A stretch of 56,551 bases of DNA from IMG/VR virus record IMGVR_UViG_3300021138_001866, positions 1 through 56,551 of that record; one strand, written 5' to 3'. The notes beneath the pieces were generated by a model, which saw only the letters and a list, made by a program, of their open reading frames with translations, did not search any database and had not been told where the DNA came from. Below are positions 9,070 through 19,229 of the stretch, in pieces. Position numbers and translations under genes: made by a program. The DNA is from a virus (taxonomy: Duplodnaviria; Caudoviricetes). Positions within the stretch are counted from its first letter, which is position 1. The number at the start of each line of letters is the position of its first letter.

Positions 9070-9724
9070 GAAGTTTTGGTAATCTTAATTTTAACATTTC
9101 GTAATAATACCTATGTCCTTCGGGGCCGTCGTGGCCGTTCCACCCGTATTGATTAAAATCAACTGGCTTAATTTTAGTTACATTTTCTTGAAAATATATT
9201 CTAGCATTATCAAACCAATTTAATATTCTGGAATCTTGTTTAAAATATTGAACGTATGCATCACGCATGGGTAATTTCTCATTACTAAAATTTTTACCAT
9301 TGTTTATAATTAAAAATGGTTTATTTCTAGCTTTTAAAAATTCCATTAATCCAATTAACTTAGCATACAATGTACACTCGATAGTTTCAAAATCAAGTTC
9401 AGATACTGCGTCCGGAGTTAATATAGTATGCAACGTGTGACTATGCGGACTGGCTAAATCAAATCTAAATATAGTAGTTATATTAATTATATAAAGTGTT
9501 GGTAAGGTAGTATTTTCTAAACAATGTTGAATAACTAATTTTATCATCATATCATTACTACGCCCAGGACGGCTCTCATTGACAAAATCAGTACAATTAT
9601 AATCTTCCATTGCAATTTTATACCAATAATGATCCTCAACCTTAGGGCACCAAACTCCATTGGATGCATGACCATCGTCTACATTATAACAAGTGTGGCT
9701 ATCTCCGGTATTAAATAATATCAT
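9065..9724 (-). CDS. SGNH-hydrolase-like protein
   Basis: GDSHT near the N-terminus, GRSND, and C-terminal GHDGPEGH. Confidence 0.5.
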   Translation of the reverse strand: MILFNTGDSHTCYNVDDGHASNGVWCPKVEDHYWYKIAMEDYNCTDFVNESRPGRSNDMMIKLVIQHCLENTTLPTLYIINITTIFRFDLASPHSHTLHTILTPDAVSELDFETIECTLYAKLIGLMEFLKARNKPFLIINNGKNFSNEKLPMRDAYVQYFKQDSRILNWFDNARIYFQENVTKIKPVDFNQYGWNGHDGPEGHRYYYEMLKLRLPKLL

Positions 9725-11163
9725 TCTGCTTTAGCCTTTAATCCAGCAAGCATGCTTTTAAGGCGACTGCTGTCAACAGTAGCCGAGGGCGGAGGTCCTG
9801 CGTCCTGTTCAACATTAAATCCTGACTTAGCTTTTGGAAAGTTATCAACTACAGTGGTTGTAGTTTTAATTTGATTCATAATACTTGCGGCCACACGCGG
9901 TGGGCCACCTCCTCCGTTGTAGCTTTCTTGTCCTTCTTCTCCAGGGTCGGTAATACGCATAGTTTCAATATTGTATTCCAAATCAATTTTATGTCCTACA
10001 CCGGTGCTGCTTCTAGATTTCATACATTGAAGTTGATACTTGCCACGTTCTTTCATAGCACGGCTTGTAAAGATACCAAACACGTTATCTGCTGTATTAA
10101 TTTTACTGATACCACCAGCAATATGACTGTGGTCAAATTCTACTTCTTCAACTGCACTACGATTCAGCTGACTTGCAGTTACCATTAGTATGTTTAGTTC
10201 TTTTGCTAGATTACGTAATTCTTCTGCCACATACTTGTCTTTGATAAACTGATCATTGGGGTTAACTTTAACACTCACTGGCATAACTAAGTCTAAGTAA
10301 TCTACCATAACAAAGTCAACTTTAATTCCTGTTTGTATTTGTACTTCTTTTAAATAACTGCGGATATCGTTTACGTTACTTTGAGCCGGCAATGCTTTAA
10401 CTCTATATTGTCCAGACTTTTTACTAACCAAACGCACCTTCATTGTGGTTGTGTCAATATCTTTGCGTATGTCTTTTGTGCCCATACCAGTTAACATTGC
10501 ATCTGTTCTCAAACTTGTTAATTCTTCGCTCAACTCTAGTGTAATATACACTCCACTAAGTCCGGCTTGCAACCAACTCAATGCTATGTTCATCATAACC
10601 AATGATTTTCCTGATCCGGATCCTCCAGCAAATATGTTTAGTTCACCTCTACTGAATCCACCATATAATAGTTTGTCCATTTGTGGCCAACCTGTGCTTA
10701 CCTGCCCGCCACTATTGAAATACTTATTAATACGTGTTGCAGGATCAGCAAAGTAATCTGTACCCATGTCCTTTTGCAAACTTATTTGTACTGCATCTTT
10801 AATTAATTTTTCCACAGGATCGTAATCACCTTTCTCCAACATGTCGGCGGCTTTTAGAATAGCACGTTCTAGTTCTTGACGTTTGGTAAAGCCTTCGAAT
10901 TCTTGCATGAACCATTCATAATGTCCCTCATTTAGTTCAGGCACTGGCTTTAATTCTACACCTGTTGTGGCTCGAATCTGTTCATAGCTGGGCAAAGTTT
11001 TGTGTGCATCTGTGTGTGTTTTAATAAAATCAGCAACTGCACGTAAACTACGATCAAAGTTTTCGGGATTGTAGATATTTTGTACACGTACATAGCTTGA
11101 TGCATCCTGCATCATCATTTCTAAAAATAGTTTTTGTAAATCTGGTGTATATTCTTTTATCAT
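9721..11163 (-). CDS. Replicative DnaB-like helicase (T4 gp41-like)
   Basis: Walker A GGSGSGKS, TLELSE, VDYLDL, TASQLNR. Confidence 0.92.
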   Translation of the reverse strand: MIKEYTPDLQKLFLEMMMQDASSYVRVQNIYNPENFDRSLRAVADFIKTHTDAHKTLPSYEQIRATTGVELKPVPELNEGHYEWFMQEFEGFTKRQELERAILKAADMLEKGDYDPVEKLIKDAVQISLQKDMGTDYFADPATRINKYFNSGGQVSTGWPQMDKLLYGGFSRGELNIFAGGSGSGKSLVMMNIALSWLQAGLSGVYITLELSEELTSLRTDAMLTGMGTKDIRKDIDTTTMKVRLVSKKSGQYRVKALPAQSNVNDIRSYLKEVQIQTGIKVDFVMVDYLDLVMPVSVKVNPNDQFIKDKYVAEELRNLAKELNILMVTASQLNRSAVEEVEFDHSHIAGGISKINTADNVFGIFTSRAMKERGKYQLQCMKSRSSTGVGHKIDLEYNIETMRITDPGEEGQESYNGGGGPPRVAASIMNQIKTTTTVVDNFPKAKSGFNVEQDAGPPPSATVDSSRLKSMLAGLKAKAE

Positions 11164-12059
11164 AATTTAGGACAGTTAAAAGTACAATAGTCTAGAGAAT
11201 TTAATTCAATACTATCATAAAATGTTTGCATATTATTTGCTATTGTATTGATAGTAGTTTTACTTATATCATACAATTCTTGATCTTTATAAAATTCACT
11301 CTTGTAGTAAAACCTATGATCTCCTACATAACAACACGGCATATAATATCCAGTTGCAGATATGTAATGTTCTTTGTTATTTTTACATTTTGGGTTTATA
11401 TCAATTTTTCTATTACCTTTTTTCCACTGTACAATTGATTCTTGTCTTTCTCCAACAAATTCCAAGGGTTTGAGAGGATCATTATCAACCCATCTATCAC
11501 TTGGAGTTATTTCAAAATTTTTAATACCAAGCTCCTTGCTTAGGGATTTGGCAATTTCAATTGAATCAGTATTAAATGCAAACGGTATGTATTTCCAAGT
11601 TGTGCTTACTTGAGATTTGACTGCAATATCTATACCTTGTCTAATAGAGTCCCAGTTGGCATTTATTCTATATTGAGTAAAATTATCCGGAATACCATCA
11701 ATTGAAAAAATTATAGTATCATCTTTTGTTAAACAATCTGTCAACTCTTTCCACCAAATTGGTTTACGGTAACTACCGTTAGTAACAATTTTAATATTGG
11801 CTTTTTTATTTTTTAGCCATTGCACCATTGGGATTAAATTATCATAATAAATTGGATCTCCGTAATTACCGCATAAAGTAAATAGCAATTCGGTTAAATC
11901 TATATCAAAGAAATTTTTAAAATCTACAAAATCAAGTTGTTGATTCCCCCAATTTTTCATTTTAAAATCTTCAATAAATTTTGTCCTTGAACATCTAGGA
12001 CATTTTAATGTACAAATATTTGTAGGCTCAATATGAAATCCTTTTATGTTATTAAGCAT
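11160..12059 (-). CDS. Radical SAM protein with a C-terminal Cys-rich (SPASM/Twitch-like) domain
   Basis: CTLKCPRC motif, GNYGDP, TNGS, FSIDG, PCC and terminal CxxxC. Confidence 0.85.
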   Translation of the reverse strand: MLNNIKGFHIEPTNICTLKCPRCSRTKFIEDFKMKNWGNQQLDFVDFKNFFDIDLTELLFTLCGNYGDPIYYDNLIPMVQWLKNKKANIKIVTNGSYRKPIWWKELTDCLTKDDTIIFSIDGIPDNFTQYRINANWDSIRQGIDIAVKSQVSTTWKYIPFAFNTDSIEIAKSLSKELGIKNFEITPSDRWVDNDPLKPLEFVGERQESIVQWKKGNRKIDINPKCKNNKEHYISATGYYMPCCYVGDHRFYYKSEFYKDQELYDISKTTINTIANNMQTFYDSIELNSLDYCTFNCPKL

Positions 12060-13086
12060 GCGCTAGTTTCTTTTTCTTTAGTTCAATTTTTAAACGACTT
12101 GTTTCTCGTGCTTCAAGGATACTTTTTAACACAAACAGTTTTCCGTATTTGATTACAGCTTCATTGATATCTTTAAATGTACCAAACCATAATGGGAAAC
12201 TAACACTCCATCCATATTCTTGTGCATCACTAACCAGTTGCATCCCGGCTCGATCATAATCTGGGACCACAATGACTTCACGTCCCAAACTATCAATGAT
12301 ATCTGCTTGAGTTTCACTACACTCATTGCTTAATACCGCAACACCATCTATGCTCATAGCATCCATAGGCCCTTCACACACAATTACAAATTTGGCATTG
12401 GGCAATTGTTTATCTGTGTTAAACACATAATTAGGTTCGTAACTAGAATGATACTTAGGTTTAACCGTATCATATAGGGCACGAGCGGTGTATCCAACAA
12501 TTTCATTGCGCCAGGTAAACGGAACGATTACTCGACGGTTTAAGTTGTATTGTGTTTCCGGAGTCCAATAAAAATCATACCGATTCAAATCAATGTGCCT
12601 GCCAGCTGAGTATAATACTGCATCGTGAAACTCCTTATGCACATCCGAATCTTTTAAGGTGTACCAGCTTTCCCATTGGTAAAATGTCAGTGCTTCTGTG
12701 GGCAAAGCACGGGCTCGAAAGTTTATTTCTTCTTGCTCTACAATCTCTACCAGTTGCTCAGGTGCTACTAATTCTCGTATTCGAATAGCATCTATAACCA
12801 GTCGTTTGACCGTATTTTCATCGGCACCTAGCCATGACAACAGTTTACGGAATCGGTATGTTAAGTGACGACCAGGAACATAGCTGGCTTTAAAATTACA
12901 ATTAAAACAATGATAACTGGTACCACCATCTGCGTTCATTACTAAACCGCCACGACCACGTGTGTCAGCTGACTCGCCATTATGCTGACAGCAAGGTGCG
13001 TTAAAACTGATCCACCCAGAAGCGGCATTAGTCTTGCGTCGTGCTGGAAGTAGTAGTTTTACAGATTCTTGAATAGAGTTCAACAT
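12052..13086 (-). CDS. DNA primase (zinc finger plus TOPRIM, gp61-like)
   Basis: APCC...HCFNC zinc finger; EGPMDA and PDYD TOPRIM motifs; next to the helicase. Confidence 0.88.
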   Translation of the reverse strand: MLNSIQESVKLLLPARRKTNAASGWISFNAPCCQHNGESADTRGRGGLVMNADGGTSYHCFNCNFKASYVPGRHLTYRFRKLLSWLGADENTVKRLVIDAIRIRELVAPEQLVEIVEQEEINFRARALPTEALTFYQWESWYTLKDSDVHKEFHDAVLYSAGRHIDLNRYDFYWTPETQYNLNRRVIVPFTWRNEIVGYTARALYDTVKPKYHSSYEPNYVFNTDKQLPNAKFVIVCEGPMDAMSIDGVAVLSNECSETQADIIDSLGREVIVVPDYDRAGMQLVSDAQEYGWSVSFPLWFGTFKDINEAVIKYGKLFVLKSILEARETSRLKIELKKKKLAHA

Positions 13087-13138
13087 TCTTAGTATTATAT
13101 ACTAAAATATAATTAAACTCAAAAGACTTAATGCTCGA

Positions 13139-14983
13139 TTATGATACTACCACATTGCCCCAACGACCCAAATAAGCGGTATAGATCTGTGCATTACCAT
13201 AGGTATAATTATACACCATCATTCCCGGAACTGGTGTTAATGCGGCTATTTGAGTTTGAGTTAAGTTTGCCAAGGTGGTATAACCAGATACTACCAGATT
13301 TCCAGCAATATTAACCTGACCAGATCCAGCAACAGTCATAACAGTAGATGCATTTATTGTGTTATTGGCTGTGACATTAAACAGTAAATTAGTGCCTTGG
13401 TTGCTGTCTGAAAAATTTTGTGATGCTTGTATGACCATGCCGGGAGTTCGCAGAGGGGCATTTATGGTATAACTATTTGTTCCCCAACCGCGACCTAAAA
13501 ATGCACCCAATACATCGCCGGATTGACTGGCACTTGGACTGGTTGCTGTGCCACGAGCACTTCTGGCTACATATATAGATCCCACGGTACCGTCACCGTT
13601 ATTGTAAGTATCAGCTGTCACCTTAGCAGCTGTTCCAGATAACCCGGACACATACACTGTGGCATTACTGTTAATATTAATTGCCAATGATGGGTTTGGA
13701 CTAACTGTTAGTACAGCACTAGCACTTGGTGTACTGGTATTACCACCCAGTACTAAATTTCCAATAATAGTATGCGTTGTCCCAGTGACGCCTATATTTC
13801 CAGTAATTGATGTTCTGTAGCTAGAATGAGTCATAGTGGTAGAGGGAACATTACTGCCAATTGGGACATTTAAAAATTCAATAACTGTACCTTGTGCAGT
13901 ATCTGTGTAATTTTCTGTAGCCCGTATATGTATGCCAGAAGCATAACCGCTTTGGATAAATCCAGTGGTACCATACCCTCTTGTAGCAAATAAACCAATA
14001 ATATCACCACTTTGTGTTGCAGTAGGTGCTCCGCTGGTACCTCGTGCTGTCCTTAGGAAAATTCCAGAATTTACAACACTACCAAAACTGTCAATGCCAA
14101 GTCTGGCTATTTTTCCATCGGCACCACTTAGATGAACAGTATTATTTGCAGCCAATATTGGTACAGTATTATTGAGATTTATAGTTAAAATTGAGTCTGC
14201 CGAAGCAACAATATTAGCACCATACCCCAATACTAAATTGCCTAAAATGTTATGTATTGATGTGTTGTATTGACCAACATTGATATTACCCTGTATGCCT
14301 ACACCACCTTTGACCACCATGGTACCTGTACTGTTGTTAATAGGACTGGTATTAGGATTGAATATCTGCAGAGCAATGTTGGCCTGATCATGACCACCAG
14401 ACATAAAGGAAATGTGTTTACCTTGTGTAACTGCACCAACTAATAAGTTACCTCCTACATCACCAGGATTATTTCCCTGTGTATAAATGTAAGCATCATT
14501 GGCGTATATTGCAGTACCTAGATTGTTGGCTGGATGTGTGCCATCGTATGTGCTGCTGGCAATACCCATGTCAACATAAAACGTGCTATCGGTACCATTA
14601 TCAGCTGTGGCCACATAGTCTGTGGTTGCCTGCTGTCCAGAATTAATATTTTGTAAATTTAACTGTGCATAACTGTTGGCGTTGGCTGTAAACTGGCCCA
14701 ATAGATTAGGAATTAGATAATACCCAGACTGTAGGCCGGCAAAAATTGGACTAAAGCCGGTTGTTGTATCGCCCGATGCATATATAGTATTGGCCAAAAT
14801 AATGCCCGAAGCTGACTCCAATGGCCATCCGCCTGGAGTAACACCATCTTGTACTCGCAGAGTATTAAGTGTTGTATCAACAACAATTTCACCAACTGGC
14901 CCAACATAGCTTCCAGCTTCGGTTAAATTACCACGTTTTAATAGTATTTGTCTTAATTGAACATTTGCTGTAAAATTGCTCAC
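13139..14983 (-). CDS. Tail fibre/adhesin-like protein
   Basis: N-terminal LKRG...GEIVVDTTLNTLRVQDGVTPGG fibre-attachment module; Gly/Asn/Thr-rich beta repeats with an internal duplication (RTARGT...SGD / RSARGT...SGD). Confidence 0.7.
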   Translation of the reverse strand: MSNFTANVQLRQILLKRGNLTEAGSYVGPVGEIVVDTTLNTLRVQDGVTPGGWPLESASGIILANTIYASGDTTTGFSPIFAGLQSGYYLIPNLLGQFTANANSYAQLNLQNINSGQQATTDYVATADNGTDSTFYVDMGIASSTYDGTHPANNLGTAIYANDAYIYTQGNNPGDVGGNLLVGAVTQGKHISFMSGGHDQANIALQIFNPNTSPINNSTGTMVVKGGVGIQGNINVGQYNTSIHNILGNLVLGYGANIVASADSILTINLNNTVPILAANNTVHLSGADGKIARLGIDSFGSVVNSGIFLRTARGTSGAPTATQSGDIIGLFATRGYGTTGFIQSGYASGIHIRATENYTDTAQGTVIEFLNVPIGSNVPSTTMTHSSYRTSITGNIGVTGTTHTIIGNLVLGGNTSTPSASAVLTVSPNPSLAININSNATVYVSGLSGTAAKVTADTYNNGDGTVGSIYVARSARGTATSPSASQSGDVLGAFLGRGWGTNSYTINAPLRTPGMVIQASQNFSDSNQGTNLLFNVTANNTINASTVMTVAGSGQVNIAGNLVVSGYTTLANLTQTQIAALTPVPGMMVYNYTYGNAQIYTAYLGRWGNVVVS

Positions 14984-15477
14984 GAAATAGTACCTCCATC
15001 AAATACTGTATCATCAACTCCTGGTGCGCCTTCGGTTACAGCATAATAAGCTGGTAAAATTTCAAGATCCAGTGGTACACCATAGTTATCGTCGATATAC
15101 ACAGGTTGTTCGGTATTATCGCTGGTCTTTATGGTGCGAAATGTCAGTTTATAAAAACGATTTTCTAAACTGCTGATTGTACTGTTGTCTAATATAAAAT
15201 TACCTTGCCCTAATTGTATATTTGCCCAGGTAACAGCATAGGTATTAACAGTTACTTGATTAAGTGGATCCTGTATTTGTGCCTGCATACTGTATCCACT
15301 GAGATTAACAGATTTTTGATCTTGATTACGCACTATAACCTGTATGGGGTTGTCTATGCCTTGATAAACTTTTATAGGTCTACTATACACAACTAGGTTC
15401 CTTCTATTAAAAATTGTAGGATCAAAAACCTGTACTAGGGCAGTATTTGGATATAAATATGCTTTAACAGTGATCAT
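14980..15477 (-). CDS. Probable baseplate/tail accessory protein (BppU-like)
   Basis: IKVYQGIDNPIQVIVRNQDQKSVNLSG pattern; coupled to the fibre gene; CTAAATA upstream. Confidence 0.5.
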   Translation of the reverse strand: MITVKAYLYPNTALVQVFDPTIFNRRNLVVYSRPIKVYQGIDNPIQVIVRNQDQKSVNLSGYSMQAQIQDPLNQVTVNTYAVTWANIQLGQGNFILDNSTISSLENRFYKLTFRTIKTSDNTEQPVYIDDNYGVPLDLEILPAYYAVTEGAPGVDDTVFDGGTIS

Positions 15478-15512
15478 TATTGATTGCCTTTATAACATAT
15501 TTAGCGAGAAAC

Positions 15513-15884
15513 ATGGAAGAAATTAAACTGCTTTTAGAAAAATACCCGTATCTCACTTACTTGGTTTATGGAGGCAACGATTATGTTGGAATTGTACAAA
15601 ACAGCGACGAACAAATTACCACAATTTATGACTATGCTGCCTTAAAAGATTCAGACCAAAAAATTAGATTTTTACAATTTGCTGATGTTTGGTGGTGGGA
15701 AAGTAATAGGATTATTCCTATTAATGTGTTTTTAAAGGCTGACTGGTTAGAGTTTAAGTTTGCTGTTAAGACCATGAACAGCAAAGATGTAGAAATCAAA
15801 TTAGGTCCACAGGTAAGTCTTAAAGAAATGAGTCAAAAACGTAGCAAACGTCGTTCTATAACTCTAGTACGTAAAGTCAGTTAA
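15513..15884 (+). CDS. Hypothetical phage protein
   Basis: Isolated plus-strand ORF with WWWES motif and basic tail; ATG 15513 is the likely start. Confidence 0.6.
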   Translation: MEEIKLLLEKYPYLTYLVYGGNDYVGIVQNSDEQITTIYDYAALKDSDQKIRFLQFADVWWWESNRIIPINVFLKADWLEFKFAVKTMNSKDVEIKLGPQVSLKEMSQKRSKRRSITLVRKVS

Positions 15885-16518
15885 TTAGTTGTAGTAGTTC
15901 TTCTACCGTAATAGTACTATTAGCACCTTTACTACTATTTTGTTTTGCTTCAAGTATCTGTAAATTAGCAGGATGATTTACAATGCTCTCCGGTAAGTTA
16001 GCGTGCCAAGCATCCAATATACTCAATTTATGGTCAACGTGATATGTTTGTTGTCCTAAGACATATCCTTGCTCTCTTGCCCAAATTTGTGCTCTTTGTC
16101 TAATTAGGCGAGCATAATGCTTGTATTCTTTAACATCTTCTGGAGTCACAAGTCCAGTTTTCTTTTTCTTGGTAGCCTTCATTTTTTCAATTACTGTTTG
16201 ATTATGCAAATACCTAGTAAAAGTTTTCCTGGCCTTTTCTCTTCTTTTGGTATCACCTTCCCATTGTTTAGTAACTCTATTAGAATGTTGTTTAATGTAC
16301 TCGGGACAATGCTGGGCAATAGCAACACAAGTGTATTTTCCGTGGGTATTCAATACTGTGGCTTGCTGATTGCATCCATGATCACAAAGCTGTCCCAAAG
16401 GAATAGGATTATGTGTTTTCTTATGATAATGGTACATTGATGGATTATTACTCACATAATCACAATGTTCACATTTGCGTGGGTATGGAATTTTAATGTA
16501 GTCTTTTGGTGCTGGCAT
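15877..16518 (-). CDS. HNH homing endonuclease with an N-terminal zinc finger
   Basis: CEHC...HYH finger; HVDH...NHPANLQILEAKQNSSKG; CATAAATA upstream. Confidence 0.8.
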   Translation of the reverse strand: MPAPKDYIKIPYPRKCEHCDYVSNNPSMYHYHKKTHNPIPLGQLCDHGCNQQATVLNTHGKYTCVAIAQHCPEYIKQHSNRVTKQWEGDTKRREKARKTFTRYLHNQTVIEKMKATKKKKTGLVTPEDVKEYKHYARLIRQRAQIWAREQGYVLGQQTYHVDHKLSILDAWHANLPESIVNHPANLQILEAKQNSSKGANSTITVEELLQLIN

Positions 16519-16552
16519 AACTTTATTTATGCCTTTAAAAAATCACATACTA

Positions 16553-17146
16553 CTAGGAATACCCTTGACTAATCTGCTCACAAATTAGGTTCATATGCAC
16601 TGCTACTAAATGTGCATAACTTATGGCGTGAGCTTTTTTGTAATGATATCCACTGTCTGGATCTGCGTCCCATACAGTTCGAGCTATTTCGGCCCAGGTA
16701 CGACCCACTAGGTTACGTTTCCCTGGGCGAATCAAGGCCAAAAACATGGCCATCCTAGGTATGCTATTAACTGCTTCTGGACATTTTATCAACAGATCGT
16801 AGTGGTTGCCAATGTGTATCAGCTGACTGCAAAACTCTGGATCATACAGCCTATCCCACTCGGGTTCTTTGGTCATTAAAGCCTGTAGATGTTGTTCGCT
16901 CTTTATCTGAGTATATAATGATACATTTAGAAAATCTAACTTTACATAGCCAAGTTCTTCGGCCACTTGATAATCTATGCTGGCTATGCCTGTAAAAGGA
17001 TCTGTGGGAATATCTGTTACATATATACCTGTGTTGTGTGGTATTAATTTCCCATCACGCACAATACCCGCAGGATGATGTTTTAGGTGTTGTAGCGCTG
17101 CTTCTCTGTCAGGAAAATCTATATCAATGTCTGATCTGAATTTCAT
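16553..17146 (-). CDS. Miniature DNA polymerase III alpha (DnaE)-like catalytic core
   Basis: SDIDIDF, HNTG, KLDFL, ALIRPG and YKKAHAISYA in DnaE order; start at 17146 (ATGA overlap); 197 aa. Confidence 0.8.
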   Translation of the reverse strand: MKFRSDIDIDFPDREAALQHLKHHPAGIVRDGKLIPHNTGIYVTDIPTDPFTGIASIDYQVAEELGYVKLDFLNVSLYTQIKSEQHLQALMTKEPEWDRLYDPEFCSQLIHIGNHYDLLIKCPEAVNSIPRMAMFLALIRPGKRNLVGRTWAEIARTVWDADPDSGYHYKKAHAISYAHLVAVHMNLICEQISQGYS

Positions 17147-17841
17147 AGGCCTGCCTTTACCAGTATGTCTTTGACCCATTCGGTATCGGCCATGTAATCT
17201 TTGAATTTGCGTTGCCAGTATTCTGGATCAATCCAGGGTAGTACTATTTGAATTTGTTCTTCAGTAAGTTGCTCAAGAAATTCCACGCCCGTGCTACAGT
17301 TAAACACAATCCATGGACTGATACGGCCAGTAGTGATATGGTGGCAAATCCGATTACTGTTAGCGTATTTAAAATAATCTGTAAAGCCATTTCGAAGATC
17401 AGGGTGATCGTCTGCATAGGTCTGCATCTCCTTTAGTGCTCGTTCTAGTGCGTCTTGTACTGCTTCTCTTTGTAAGTACCCAGGTAACCATTCTTCGTAT
17501 AATCGATCTGAACACCAGTTGTCTATTTTTTTATTATTTTTTAGTAACCATTCTAAATAATTATTAAAATTAATACAGCGTATATTTTGACAATACCTGC
17601 CAAATTTTACAAAGGCATTATAATAAGGACTAGCTACAAAATCTGCGTAGCTTTTTAATCGAGCCGATCCTTGTGTTATTTCATAAAAACGTAAATAGGC
17701 CTGTAGTCCTAACTGTACTCCAGATTCTCGTTCCTGTTGCCAACGACGTTTGTTTTCGCAAAGATGTACCGCAAGTGTTGATTCTTTACGGAAATCTTTT
17801 TCACAGTAACGACATTTAAACAAGGTCAATACGTCTGTCAT
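17143..17841 (-). CDS. C2H2-type zinc-finger phage protein
   Basis: FKCRYCEKDFRKESTLAVHLC. Confidence 0.65.
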   Translation of the reverse strand: MTDVLTLFKCRYCEKDFRKESTLAVHLCENKRRWQQERESGVQLGLQAYLRFYEITQGSARLKSYADFVASPYYNAFVKFGRYCQNIRCINFNNYLEWLLKNNKKIDNWCSDRLYEEWLPGYLQREAVQDALERALKEMQTYADDHPDLRNGFTDYFKYANSNRICHHITTGRISPWIVFNCSTGVEFLEQLTEEQIQIVLPWIDPEYWQRKFKDYMADTEWVKDILVKAGL

Positions 17842-18539
17842 ATTAGGTTATGTGTTCTCATATGATTTAAAAAATAATCATTTAAATGCACATACTCGTC
17901 ACCACCATAGTGTCGAGCAAATGGTTCCCAACGTTCTTCGGGTTCCGAATACTTGGCACCAAGATCATGTAAAAATAAATTGGCAATAAATCGATCCAGT
18001 GGCACAATGTGTGGATTGCGTTCAACAATTTTTTGATATTGACTGCTAACATTGGTAAAATATTCTGTATATCTTCTTTCGCAGAAATTATAAAACAGAT
18101 GGTTAATACCGCGATTAGACAAATAGCCACTTAACATAGTTAAGTCACATAATAGTTGATCTATGTGTTTGATGTCAACATCATAGGTATAAATGTCTTG
18201 TATGTATTGCTCAACATCTGTTTGAGAATTTTTATATACTGCATCTGCAGGAATAAAATGTCCTTGTATTCCATTGGCACTGTACTGTACCCAATTATCT
18301 TTATCTTTTTCTGTGGCCAAAAACGTGCCTTCACGTCGGCGCATAAAAGACAAACCCAATAATACAAATCCGATATCATCATGTTGCTCGAGGTATTCTA
18401 GGGTAGTGCGAATAATACGTCGATTGCTACTGCCACCAATGGCAATACTTTCAGCACTGTCTAGGCCAATCTGTCTGGCTAGATTATTTGCCAAATAATA
18501 ATTAGCACTGAAACTACAACCATTGACCAACAGCTTCAT
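17838..18539 (-). CDS. SGNH-hydrolase-like protein
   Basis: NGCSFS, GGSSNRRI and C-terminal HY; same family pattern as 9065-9724. Confidence 0.5.
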   Translation of the reverse strand: MKLLVNGCSFSANYYLANNLARQIGLDSAESIAIGGSSNRRIIRTTLEYLEQHDDIGFVLLGLSFMRRREGTFLATEKDKDNWVQYSANGIQGHFIPADAVYKNSQTDVEQYIQDIYTYDVDIKHIDQLLCDLTMLSGYLSNRGINHLFYNFCERRYTEYFTNVSSQYQKIVERNPHIVPLDRFIANLFLHDLGAKYSEPEERWEPFARHYGGDEYVHLNDYFLNHMRTHNLI

Positions 18540-19009
18540 AGTTCTTTCTTAATTTGTTTCTCATCCCAGCCATGTGCTCTTGCCAGTTCTCGAAGTTCTG
18601 TTTTGTCGTTTAATTCGGCCATCAGGGCTATTTCGTCGTCGCGAGCATGTGGGTATATTTCACGTAAAAACTTTTCTGCTTTGTTATTAGAAGAATCACG
18701 CTTTTTGGCAGCTAGCCAGGTATGTCGTTGTTGTCCCATACCAGGACTGACAGTGGTGGATAACAGCCACAGTAATTTTTTATGTTGAGTACTGCTTATG
18801 TCAAAAAAGTTTCGATTAAGTTTTTCATTACAGCTCATTAGATAATAGGCTTGAAAATCTGCATTGCCTTCTACCGTGGCGCCCCAGCGTATCATCAAAA
18901 ACGGGCTAAACTTTTTTTGTTCTTCGTTGGTAAGGCTATCATAAAAGTCGCGATCCTTCGAATCGAACTTGGCCATTTCATTTGCGATTGATAGTTTATC
19001 TGTTGTCAT
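18536..19009 (-). CDS. Probable clamp-loader small subunit (gp62-like)
   Basis: FSPFLMIRW...N...F pattern, size and replication context. Confidence 0.55.
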   Translation of the reverse strand: MTTDKLSIANEMAKFDSKDRDFYDSLTNEEQKKFSPFLMIRWGATVEGNADFQAYYLMSCNEKLNRNFFDISSTQHKKLLWLLSTTVSPGMGQQRHTWLAAKKRDSSNNKAEKFLREIYPHARDDEIALMAELNDKTELRELARAHGWDEKQIKKEL

Positions 19010-19229
19010 ATTTTAATTTATAGTACATTATAGCAGGTTCTAGTAATTCTTGCAAGCCAGGATCTACTCGAGCTTTTCTTCTAATACCATACCACAGTTT
19101 ATCCTCACGCATTTGTTCAAGTAGATCTGTTTGTTTGGATGAAACATGGTGTAATTTCTTATCTGTACTACCCGTGTTTCTGACATACACAGTTTCACCG
19201 CCATCCGGGCTTTCGTATATGTTAGCCAT
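18996..19229 (-). CDS. Small hypothetical phage protein
   Basis: IYESPDGGETVYVR; coupled in the operon. Confidence 0.6.
   Translation of the reverse strand: MANIYESPDGGETVYVRNTGSTDKKLHHVSSKQTDLLEQMREDKLWYGIRRKARVDPGLQELLEPAIMYYKLKYDNR

Noticed and set aside
13139-14983. Diversity-generating retroelement target
   Set aside because: The N-terminal module is Mtd-like, but there is no reverse transcriptase or template/variable repeat pair in the window.
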